Source: Thermosulfurimonas dismutans (GTDB lineage: Bacteria > Desulfobacterota > Thermodesulfobacteria > Thermodesulfobacteriales > Thermodesulfobacteriaceae). From it: a stretch of DNA of 32,000 bases. The stretch spans positions 30,001-62,000 of the forward strand of contig NZ_LWLG01000001.1 of assembly GCF_001652585.1 (NCBI RefSeq). The letters run 5' to 3'. Positions 16,715 through 24,052 of the stretch are shown in pieces (within the stretch, counting starts at the first letter, position 1; each line of letters begins with the position of its first letter). The notes beneath the pieces are model-generated. The model did no database searches. It was given only the letters and a program-made list of their open reading frames with translations, and was not told the origin of the DNA. The position numbers were made by a program, and so were the translations under genes.

Positions 16715-19393
16715 ATGGGACTAAACGAAGCCGATACCCGGGCTCGGCTAGTGGAACCGAAGCTAAAAGCTTCGGGTTGGACGGATCAAATTGTTACACG
16801 GGAATTCTATTATTCACGTGACCATCAATATACCCCTGGCAAAATCATTTTGGTAGGAGACCAGGTACGTCGCGGAAAGGGAAAACGGGTGGATTATCTC
16901 CTCCGTTACACTGACAGTTTCCCTATTGCGGTAGTGGAAGCCGAACCCGAGAATGAACCGCCGGAAAAGGGTCTCGAACAAGCAAAGGGATACGCGAAAG
17001 ATCTGGGTTTAGCCTTTGCATACGGCACAAACGGCCATCGCATTCTCGAGTACGACTTTTTCACTCATTCCACTCGCGAAATAGATCGTTTCCCTACTCC
17101 TCAAGAATTATGGGAAAGGTGGAAACAAAATACTGGCCTTGAAGTTCCTCAACCTGGGCGCGTTGCTGAGGCTCCGGCGGTTTACGGCTTTGGAGAGCAT
17201 ACCACCAATCCTCTACTTTTCCCTTACTGTCCCGAATCACTGTGCGGCAAGCGTCCCCATTACTTTCAAGAACGGGCTATACGAGAGGTTATTCTTCGTC
17301 TTATGCGTGGTCAAAAGCGCGTGCTTCTTACAATGGCAACTGGTACAGGAAAGACTTTTGTCGCCTTTCAAATCGCTTGGAAACTAATCAAATCCGGTTG
17401 GTTAAAACAGCGTCATCCTGACCGTCCAGCACGAATTCTTTTTTTGGCGGATCGGGTAGTCCTCCGGAATCAAGCTTATAACGCTTTCTCTCCTTTTGCC
17501 GATGGCACCAGCGATCCCCGATACTTAATCGAAGGGCATCCTCCCAACCTAAACCGCGACCTCTATTTCGGTATTTACCAGACCCTTTGGAGTCCAGACG
17601 AGGAAGGACGACGTCTTTTTGAAAAGTTCCCTCCAGACTTTTTTGATCTGGTTATCATTGACGAATGCCATCGCTCCGGTTGGGGTACCTGGCGCGAGAT
17701 CCTTGACCACTTTGGCCAGGCCATTCACTTGGGTATGACGGCCACGCCGAAACAGGACGATAATATAGACACCTATGCCTACTTCTGTGCCGAGGAGCAG
17801 GAGGTAGCCATAGATCCGGAACACCCGGAGAGAGGAAGGTGGCGCCCGCCGGCCTATCAATACAGTCTGGGACAAGGGATCGAGGACGGCTTCCTGGCCA
17901 CCTATAAAGTGCACCGAGTGCGTACCACGGTGGACAAAACCGGCCTTCGGTTAGAGGATGCTCTCGAACAAGGAGCCGAAGTTTTTATCCCCGAAGATGT
18001 GGAACCCCGCGAAATCTACACCACCCCGCAGTTTGAACGGGAAATCACTCTCCCGGATCGTACCCGGGCCATGGTACAACATCTGGCTAAACTTCTCCGG
18101 CGGTTCGGCATCTGGGACAAAACTATGGTCTTCTGCGTGGACATGGATCATGCTCGTCTTGTGGCCAGGCTTCTTCAGGAAGAATTTGGTCCGGAAACAG
18201 GACTAGATAACTATGCGGTTCCCATTATTTCGGAAGAAGGGGAAGAGGCCAGACGCTGGTTAGAGGACTTCGCTCAATCCGAGAAGAAAGCCCCGGTGGT
18301 AGCTACCACCGCCGAACTGCTTTCCACCGGTGTGGATGTGCCTTCATGCAAGAACATCGTTTTCATGAAAACTATCTCTTCGCCGGTGCTCTTTAAACAG
18401 ATCGTGGGCCGCGGCAGCCGCCTAGATCCTGCTACCGATAAATACTGGTTCCGTATCATTGACTTTACCGGCGCCACTCGGCTCTTCGACGAGTGGGATC
18501 GGCCGGCCGGGACGCCTCCGGAAGTTCCTCGAGGTCCCTTTACCGCAATCATCAGAGGAACAGTCTTTCATGCCCAAACTGGCGATCGCATCGTGGGTGC
18601 TTCGGTTAGTGTCCGTACCGGTCCCAATATGCAGCAGGGTCCCATCCGAACGGATGAAAATGGCGCCTTTGTCTTCGAAGGTCTTCCGGCAGGGACGGTT
18701 ACCTTGATCGTTAACGCTCCGGGATTTATACGACGGGAACTGCGCGTTGAGACCTTGGCCGATGAAATCCTTACCATTGAAGTACCCTTGAAACCCGAGC
18801 GGAAAGGAAGAGGAAAAATTCGGGTCGAGGGCCTGGAAGTAGACATCGCTGATGAGGCGATTTTTATCATCGAAGCCACGGGACAGCAGCTTTCTTTGCA
18901 GGAATATCGGAATTATACAGCTAGAAAGGTTTTGCAGGCGGCCCCCACACGCCAGACTTTGCGAGAAATTTGGATAAATCGCGAAAAGCGTCGAGCTTTC
19001 CTTGAAGATCTTCGTCGCTCAAGCATTTATCCTGAAGTCCTTGCAGAGGCGCTTGGGTTTTCTGAGGTTGATACTTATGATCTCTTAGCCCATATCGCTT
19101 TCGCTTCCCCTATTCGCACCCGGAGTGAACGTGCCACGGCCTTCTGCAATCGGGAACAGGCGTTCCTTAAGCGCTATGCCGAAAAGGCGCGGCAGGTCAT
19201 ACTGGAACTTTTGGAGAAATACCGCGTTGGAGGTATTGACCAGCTTGAGCCGGAAATCTTCAATGTTTCTCCCTTTCGGGAATGGGGCGGGGCCTTTCGA
19301 ATCAGCAAATGGTTTGGCGGCGTAGAAGGGCTGGGAGACACACTACAAGAGATGCGCGAACGTCTTTATCCTGAATCGGAGGTGAAGCCTTGA
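16715..19393 (+). CDS. hsdR: Type I restriction enzyme R subunit
   Basis: The N-terminal nuclease-type domain starts MGLNEADTRARLVEPKL. The SF2 helicase motifs are LLTMATGTGKT and IIDECHRS, followed by a helicase C domain. The C-terminus is EcoEI_R_C-like (SLQEYRNY...FNVSPF). An extra beta-sandwich-like segment lies at about 18547-18797. Confidence 0.93.
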   Translation: MGLNEADTRARLVEPKLKASGWTDQIVTREFYYSRDHQYTPGKIILVGDQVRRGKGKRVDYLLRYTDSFPIAVVEAEPENEPPEKGLEQAKGYAKDLGLAFAYGTNGHRILEYDFFTHSTREIDRFPTPQELWERWKQNTGLEVPQPGRVAEAPAVYGFGEHTTNPLLFPYCPESLCGKRPHYFQERAIREVILRLMRGQKRVLLTMATGTGKTFVAFQIAWKLIKSGWLKQRHPDRPARILFLADRVVLRNQAYNAFSPFADGTSDPRYLIEGHPPNLNRDLYFGIYQTLWSPDEEGRRLFEKFPPDFFDLVIIDECHRSGWGTWREILDHFGQAIHLGMTATPKQDDNIDTYAYFCAEEQEVAIDPEHPERGRWRPPAYQYSLGQGIEDGFLATYKVHRVRTTVDKTGLRLEDALEQGAEVFIPEDVEPREIYTTPQFEREITLPDRTRAMVQHLAKLLRRFGIWDKTMVFCVDMDHARLVARLLQEEFGPETGLDNYAVPIISEEGEEARRWLEDFAQSEKKAPVVATTAELLSTGVDVPSCKNIVFMKTISSPVLFKQIVGRGSRLDPATDKYWFRIIDFTGATRLFDEWDRPAGTPPEVPRGPFTAIIRGTVFHAQTGDRIVGASVSVRTGPNMQQGPIRTDENGAFVFEGLPAGTVTLIVNAPGFIRRELRVETLADEILTIEVPLKPERKGRGKIRVEGLEVDIADEAIFIIEATGQQLSLQEYRNYTARKVLQAAPTRQTLREIWINREKRRAFLEDLRRSSIYPEVLAEALGFSEVDTYDLLAHIAFASPIRTRSERATAFCNREQAFLKRYAEKARQVILELLEKYRVGGIDQLEPEIFNVSPFREWGGAFRISKWFGGVEGLGDTLQEMRERLYPESEVKP

Positions 19394-20877
19394 AGAGTCC
19401 GCAAACTCGCGAAACCCTGGCCAACGAGATCTGGCGAGCCTGCGATATTCTCCGCCGAGATGATAACTGCACCGGTATCATGGAATATGTGGAGCACCTG
19501 GCCTGGCTCCTCTTCCTCCGTTTTCTAGATGCTCAGGAAGAAGAATGGGAAACTCAGGCCCGCCTGTCCGGTCGTCCTTATAGGCCTATCATCGAGCCGC
19601 CTTACCGCTGGCGAGATTGGGCTACCAAAGACTGGCCTGCTGACGAGCTTCTCGCTTTTGTTCACGGGAAGTTGATTCCCTACCTACAAAATCTGGGTGG
19701 AGATACTCTGCGTGAGACCATCCGCGGTGTCTTTTCCGAGCGCAACGTTATCGTTTGCGCCTCGGGTTACAACCTTAAGGATGTGCTCGAGATTATCAAT
19801 GGTATAGACTTTCACAGCCAGGACGATATCTTTATCGTTTCTCAGGTCTATGAGGAACTGCTCCGGCGCCTCGGTAATGAAAACCGGATGGCCGGCGAGT
19901 TTTATACCCCTCGTCCGGTAGTGCGCTTCATCGTGGAAGTAGTAGATCCAAAAATCGGAGAAACCGTCTATGACCCTGCCTGCGGCACCTGCGGGTTTCT
20001 GATTCAGGCCTACCTTCACATGAAAAAACAGGAGCAAACCCTTGAAGATCACCGTCTCCTGCAAGAGCAGACTTTTTACGGTCAGGAGAAAAAGCCCATT
20101 CCGGCCCTTCTGGGCCTGATGAATATGGTGCTCCACGGTGTCTCTGCACCGCGTATCTACCGTCGTAACACTCTTGAGGAAAACATCCGGCAGGTGACCG
20201 AACGTTTCGACATTATTATGACTAATCCGCCCTTCGGCGGCATTGAAGGGCGGCATATTCGACAAAACTTTCCGGTATCCTCTAGCGCTACGGAACTCCT
20301 CTTTCTTCAGCACATCATGGCGAAACTCAAGCCCCGGGACGGTGCCCGTTGTGGTATGGTAGTGCCCGAAGGGACCCTCTTCCGCAGTGGGGCCTTCGCC
20401 GAGGTCAAGCGGGATCTTCTGGAACGGTTCAACCTGCATACCATCGTAAGTCTTCCGCCCGGTACTTTTGCGCCTTATTCCGATGTGAAAACCGCCCTCA
20501 TTTTCTTTGAACGCCCGGGCCCCACAAAAGAGATCTGGTATTACGAATTACCGTTACCTGAGGGACTTAAGAAGTTCAGCAAAGGAAGCCCTATACAGGA
20601 CGAACACTTTAACGAAGTGCGCGGGTTATGGAAGGCTTGGGATGCCTACCGTAAAGGGCAAGGGCCTCGCGAGGCCTGTCTTTCCGAGCATTCTTGGATT
20701 GTCCCGGCAGAAGAGATCAAAGCGCGGGGTTATGACCTTTCTCCTCGCAATCCCAACCAGCGGGAAGAAAGTCAGTTACCTTCTCCATCCGAGATAACCG
20801 CAAGCCTCCTTGAAAAAGAGAAAGCTATTCTGGGTATAATTGAAGAGATTAAAGATTTATTGAATAACTCCAAATAA
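19390..20877 (+). CDS. hsdM: Type I R-M N6-adenine DNA methyltransferase M subunit
   Basis: The HsdM N-terminal domain reads LANEIWRACDILRRD. Motif I is YDPACGTCGFL and motif IV is MTNPPFGG. The TTG start overlaps the hsdR stop (TTGA), with GGAGGTG upstream. Confidence 0.93.
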   Translation: MKSPQTRETLANEIWRACDILRRDDNCTGIMEYVEHLAWLLFLRFLDAQEEEWETQARLSGRPYRPIIEPPYRWRDWATKDWPADELLAFVHGKLIPYLQNLGGDTLRETIRGVFSERNVIVCASGYNLKDVLEIINGIDFHSQDDIFIVSQVYEELLRRLGNENRMAGEFYTPRPVVRFIVEVVDPKIGETVYDPACGTCGFLIQAYLHMKKQEQTLEDHRLLQEQTFYGQEKKPIPALLGLMNMVLHGVSAPRIYRRNTLEENIRQVTERFDIIMTNPPFGGIEGRHIRQNFPVSSSATELLFLQHIMAKLKPRDGARCGMVVPEGTLFRSGAFAEVKRDLLERFNLHTIVSLPPGTFAPYSDVKTALIFFERPGPTKEIWYYELPLPEGLKKFSKGSPIQDEHFNEVRGLWKAWDAYRKGQGPREACLSEHSWIVPAEEIKARGYDLSPRNPNQREESQLPSPSEITASLLEKEKAILGIIEEIKDLLNNSK

Positions 20878-20891
20878 CCAGGGGGAAAATT

Positions 20892-21131
20892 ATGAGACGT
20901 TTTAAATTTTTAGCCGTTATCTGGAAAGAGGAAGCGGGTTACGTCTCTTATTGTCCTGAATTAGAAGTTTCTTCCTGTGGCGATTCCCCGGAAGAAGCTC
21001 TGCATAATCTTAAGGAAGCAGTGGAGTTGTATTTAGAAAATGCTAAAGAGCTTGGGATGCTTGAAGATGTGGAAAGGGTAGCTCAAACATCAGAAAAATT
21101 TACTTCTTCTCTGGAAATTGAATTACAATGA
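20892..21131 (+). CDS. hicB: HicB-family antitoxin
   Basis: 79 aa. FLAVIWKEEAGYVSYCPELEVSSCGDSPEEALHNLKEAVELYLE is typical of the HicB/UPF0150 fold. SD GGGGGA. Its stop overlaps the hicA start (ATGA). Confidence 0.8.
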   Translation: MRRFKFLAVIWKEEAGYVSYCPELEVSSCGDSPEEALHNLKEAVELYLENAKELGMLEDVERVAQTSEKFTSSLEIELQ

Positions 21132-21364
21132 AGCTTCCTATTCTTTCTTCGTCCGAAGTCGAAAGAGTTCTGTGTCGGGCCGGCTTTGAACCTGCTCCCA
21201 AAAGAGGTAAGGGTAGTCACAAGGCTTTTATTAAACAGACAAAAGACAGAAAATTTTTAGTAATAGTTCCTCAAAAGAGAATTATTCCCAGGGGAACGCT
21301 TCTTGCAATTATTAAGCAAGCCGGTCTTACCAAAGAAGAATTTATGCGTCTTTTGAGAGAATAA
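21128..21364 (+). CDS. hicA: HicA mRNA interferase toxin
   Basis: 78 aa. SSSEVERVLCRAGFEPAPKRGKGSHKAFIKQ...VIVPQKRIIPRGTLLAIIKQAGLTKEEF is the YcfA/HicA double-stranded-RNA-binding-like fold with its conserved GSH. Confidence 0.85.
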   Translation: MKLPILSSSEVERVLCRAGFEPAPKRGKGSHKAFIKQTKDRKFLVIVPQKRIIPRGTLLAIIKQAGLTKEEFMRLLRE

Positions 21365-21378
21365 ATCGTGTTCGAATT

Positions 21379-22224
21379 ATGAGATCTTTAGATTATAAAA
21401 CACTCGAAGCACTCGCTGAACTCATTTGCGGAGATAACGGTCCTTGGTATAGAAAAGGTTGGGAAATACCTATCTTTTTCAGGAATGCAGGCTTATCTTG
21501 TCCTGAACATGACGGTTCTACTCGAAAATGGTGGACATTAGCAAGACTTCAAGAATACAATCAAGATCCATCTAATATAGCTAAGATTATAAAACGCCTT
21601 GCTGATCCTCGCGAATATCAAGGAAATGCTGAGGTAGTCAATGAAGTAATAAGACATTTGAATAAACTACTGGCCGTTGAGGGACTAAAAGTAAAGTTGA
21701 AGGGAATTCAACCAGTAATAGAAGAAATAACGCCTACTGTGGTGAACAAGGATATCGAAACTAGAGAAGCTTTTCCGAAGCCAGATTTTGCAAAAATCAT
21801 TGAAGAACCAATTTTAATGAAAATTATAGAACAACGATGGGAAGAAGTTATTAAGTGCATAGATGGTGAAGCTTATTTAGCCGCTATTATTATGATGGGA
21901 AGTATTTTAGAAGGTGTGCTTTTAGCAATTATCCATAGGTTTCCAGAAAAAGCTAACCGGTCTCCGGCTGCTCCCAAAAATAGAGACGGCAAAGTAAAAA
22001 GATTCTGGGAATGGAATTTAAGCGAAATGATTGATGTGGCTCATCAAGTTGGATGGCTTCAAGGAGATGTTAAGAAATTCGCGCATATTCTCAGAGACTA
22101 TAGAAATTTAGTTCATCCTTGGCACCAAATGAATACAAAGGAACAACCAGACGAAGACACTTGTAAAATAGCGTGGCAGGTTGTTCAAGCAGCTATTAAT
22201 GATTTGATCAGATTAGTAAAATGA
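21379..22224 (+). CDS. Unknown 281-aa protein with C-terminal HEPN-like motif (ORF281)
   Basis: A long clean ORF in AT-rich DNA. Its stop overlaps the hsdS start (ATGA at 22221-22224). The C-terminal helical part ends in FAHILRDYRNLVHPWHQ (R-x6-H / RN-x2-H). The HEPN assignment is tentative. Confidence 0.7.
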   Translation: MRSLDYKTLEALAELICGDNGPWYRKGWEIPIFFRNAGLSCPEHDGSTRKWWTLARLQEYNQDPSNIAKIIKRLADPREYQGNAEVVNEVIRHLNKLLAVEGLKVKLKGIQPVIEEITPTVVNKDIETREAFPKPDFAKIIEEPILMKIIEQRWEEVIKCIDGEAYLAAIIMMGSILEGVLLAIIHRFPEKANRSPAAPKNRDGKVKRFWEWNLSEMIDVAHQVGWLQGDVKKFAHILRDYRNLVHPWHQMNTKEQPDEDTCKIAWQVVQAAINDLIRLVK

Positions 22225-23390
22225 TTAAAGGACCCTACAAGCTCCCCAAAGGCTGGCGCTGGGTGAGGTTGGGAGAGGTGTGTGAAATTTGGGACAAATA
22301 TAGAATTCCGGTTAAAAAGAAAGAACGTAAGCCGGGCAACATACCATATTGTGGTGCAAACGGTATTATTGATTACGTGGAAGGATGGACTCATAAAGGA
22401 GAATTTGTGTTATTAGCCGAAGACGGAGGTTTTTATAAAGCTGGAGAAAAAAGTGCCTACATAATGAGAGGACGATTTTGGGCAAATAATCATGTGCATA
22501 TTTTGAAAGGGAAAACTAGTATCTTGGAAAACTTATTTCTGATGCATTATTTAAATGCAATTGATTTAACGCCGTGGTTGACAGGAGCGACCAGGCCTAA
22601 ACTAAACCAAAATTCAATGAAAAAAATTCCAATCCCCCTCCCGCCCCTTGAGGAGCAGCGGCGGATCGTGGCACGGATTGAGGAGTTGATGGCGCGGGTG
22701 CGGGAGGCCCGCCGCCTGCGGGAGGAAGCCCTAAAGGACACCGACCGCCTCTGGCAATCCACCCTCGCCGAGGTCTTCCCCCGCCCCGGCCAGGACCTCC
22801 CTTCCGGCTGGCGCTGGGTGCGGTTGGGGGAGGTGTGCGAGACTACAAGCGGGGGTACTCCTAGCAGGAAAAAACGAGAATACTTTGGAGGAAATATTCC
22901 TTGGGTAAAATCAGGAGAACTAAATGATTCCATAATTTTTGATACGGAAGAAAAAATCACAGAATTAGGTCTTCGAAATTCAAATGCCAAATTGTTTCCA
23001 AAAGGAACTTTACTCATTGCAATGTATGGAGCTACGGTTGGAAAATTAGGCATTTTAGGATGTACTGCAGCAACAAATCAAGCAATTTGTGCCTTATTTC
23101 CTGATAAATCTATCTTAGATAAAATGTTTTTATTTTATTTTTTTCTATTCAAACGCAAAGAACTTGTAGCTCAAAGTTTTGGAGGAGCTCAACCAAATAT
23201 AAGTCAAACAGTAATTCGCAAAATCGAAATCCCCCTCCCCACCCTTGAAGAACAACGGCGCATTGTGGCCTACTTGGAAGCCGTCCAAGAAAAGATCAGA
23301 GCCTTTAAGGAAGTCCAAACCAAAACCGAGGCCGAACTCAAACGCTTAGAGCAATCAATTTTAGACAAAGCGTTTAGGGGTAAATTATAG
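22221..23390 (+). CDS. hsdS: Type I R-M specificity subunit (two TRDs + two conserved coiled-coil regions)
   Basis: The structure is duplicated. LPKGWRWVRLGEVCE (TRD1 start) matches LPSGWRWVRLGEVCE (TRD2 start). IPLPPLEEQRRIVARIEEL matches IPLPTLEEQRRIVAYLEAV. The TRD2 motif GGTPSR...YGATVGK is present. Confidence 0.9.
   Translation: MIKGPYKLPKGWRWVRLGEVCEIWDKYRIPVKKKERKPGNIPYCGANGIIDYVEGWTHKGEFVLLAEDGGFYKAGEKSAYIMRGRFWANNHVHILKGKTSILENLFLMHYLNAIDLTPWLTGATRPKLNQNSMKKIPIPLPPLEEQRRIVARIEELMARVREARRLREEALKDTDRLWQSTLAEVFPRPGQDLPSGWRWVRLGEVCETTSGGTPSRKKREYFGGNIPWVKSGELNDSIIFDTEEKITELGLRNSNAKLFPKGTLLIAMYGATVGKLGILGCTAATNQAICALFPDKSILDKMFLFYFFLFKRKELVAQSFGGAQPNISQTVIRKIEIPLPTLEEQRRIVAYLEAVQEKIRAFKEVQTKTEAELKRLEQSILDKAFRGKL
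22251..22285 (+). repeat. Intragenic direct repeat copy 1 in hsdS
   Basis: GGCTGGCGCTGGGTGAGGTTGGGAGAGGTGTGTGA matches copy 2 at 32 of 35 positions. Confidence 0.9.
22806..22840 (+). repeat. Intragenic direct repeat copy 2 in hsdS
   Basis: GGCTGGCGCTGGGTGCGGTTGGGGGAGGTGTGCGA. A second, more diverged repeat pair starts at 22632 and 23229 (ATCCCCCTCC...). Confidence 0.9.
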
Positions 23391-24052
23391 TGGAAAATAT
23401 TTTACTAAAATTATCCGAGCATCAAAGAATTTTATACAAAGCGTTATATGAAAAAAATGAAAAGTTGGCTAGCATATATCTTGGAGCATTACTTGTACTT
23501 CGACAAAACAATCCTGATAGAATAGCCTTAGCTGCTCATGGTTTAAGAGAGCTTATGGAAAAAATCCCTCAGTATCTTGATCTGCCTGTAAGGGTTAAGC
23601 CAAAAAACCTTCGTAGTGAGGTGCAAAATTTAAGTGAAGAATGGAAAAAAACATGCGAGCGCTCCGAGTGCTTTGAAGAGGGGAGTTGGCATGGAGAAAT
23701 TGACGGTTCTCTTCGCAAGCTACTTCAAAAATTAGGAAAATTTTTTGATTGGTTTTCTGAGCATTATCCCACGAGAAGCAAACAAACTAAGAGTATGTTA
23801 TCTTATCTGGATCCTTTTGTTTCAAAATTGCCAGAGCCTATAATGGAATTACGAGCGAAAGAATGGAAGGAAATACATGATTATTTTAATGATGTAAGCC
23901 ATCACAGGTTTGACTCCGATTTTGATACTTTTTCTAAATGGTTGGAAGCTCTAGAATACTTTTTGTTAGATCGCTTTGTCCCGAAAACTTTTGATGACCA
24001 TAAGATAATTGATGACATAATTAGAGAAGGTGAAGAAAATGCCAAGGCGTGA
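23390..24052 (+). CDS. Unknown 220-aa helical protein (ORF220)
   Basis: The GTG start overlaps the hsdS stop by 1 nt (TAGTG), with AGGGG 9 nt upstream. This is a clean ORF in AT-rich DNA. I recognise no family. It contains AAHGLRELMEK and IHDYFNDVSHH. Confidence 0.65.
   Translation: MENILLKLSEHQRILYKALYEKNEKLASIYLGALLVLRQNNPDRIALAAHGLRELMEKIPQYLDLPVRVKPKNLRSEVQNLSEEWKKTCERSECFEEGSWHGEIDGSLRKLLQKLGKFFDWFSEHYPTRSKQTKSMLSYLDPFVSKLPEPIMELRAKEWKEIHDYFNDVSHHRFDSDFDTFSKWLEALEYFLLDRFVPKTFDDHKIIDDIIREGEENAKA

Noticed and set aside
19684-20439. 251-aa reverse ORF inside hsdM (and similar antisense ORFs, e.g. 1439..2023, 7793..8140, 22547..23053, 28035..28403, 29671..30066)
   Set aside because: All lie antisense to genes with strong motif support. 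Their translations are R/S/P/G-rich with no recognisable motifs. These are typical shadow ORFs.
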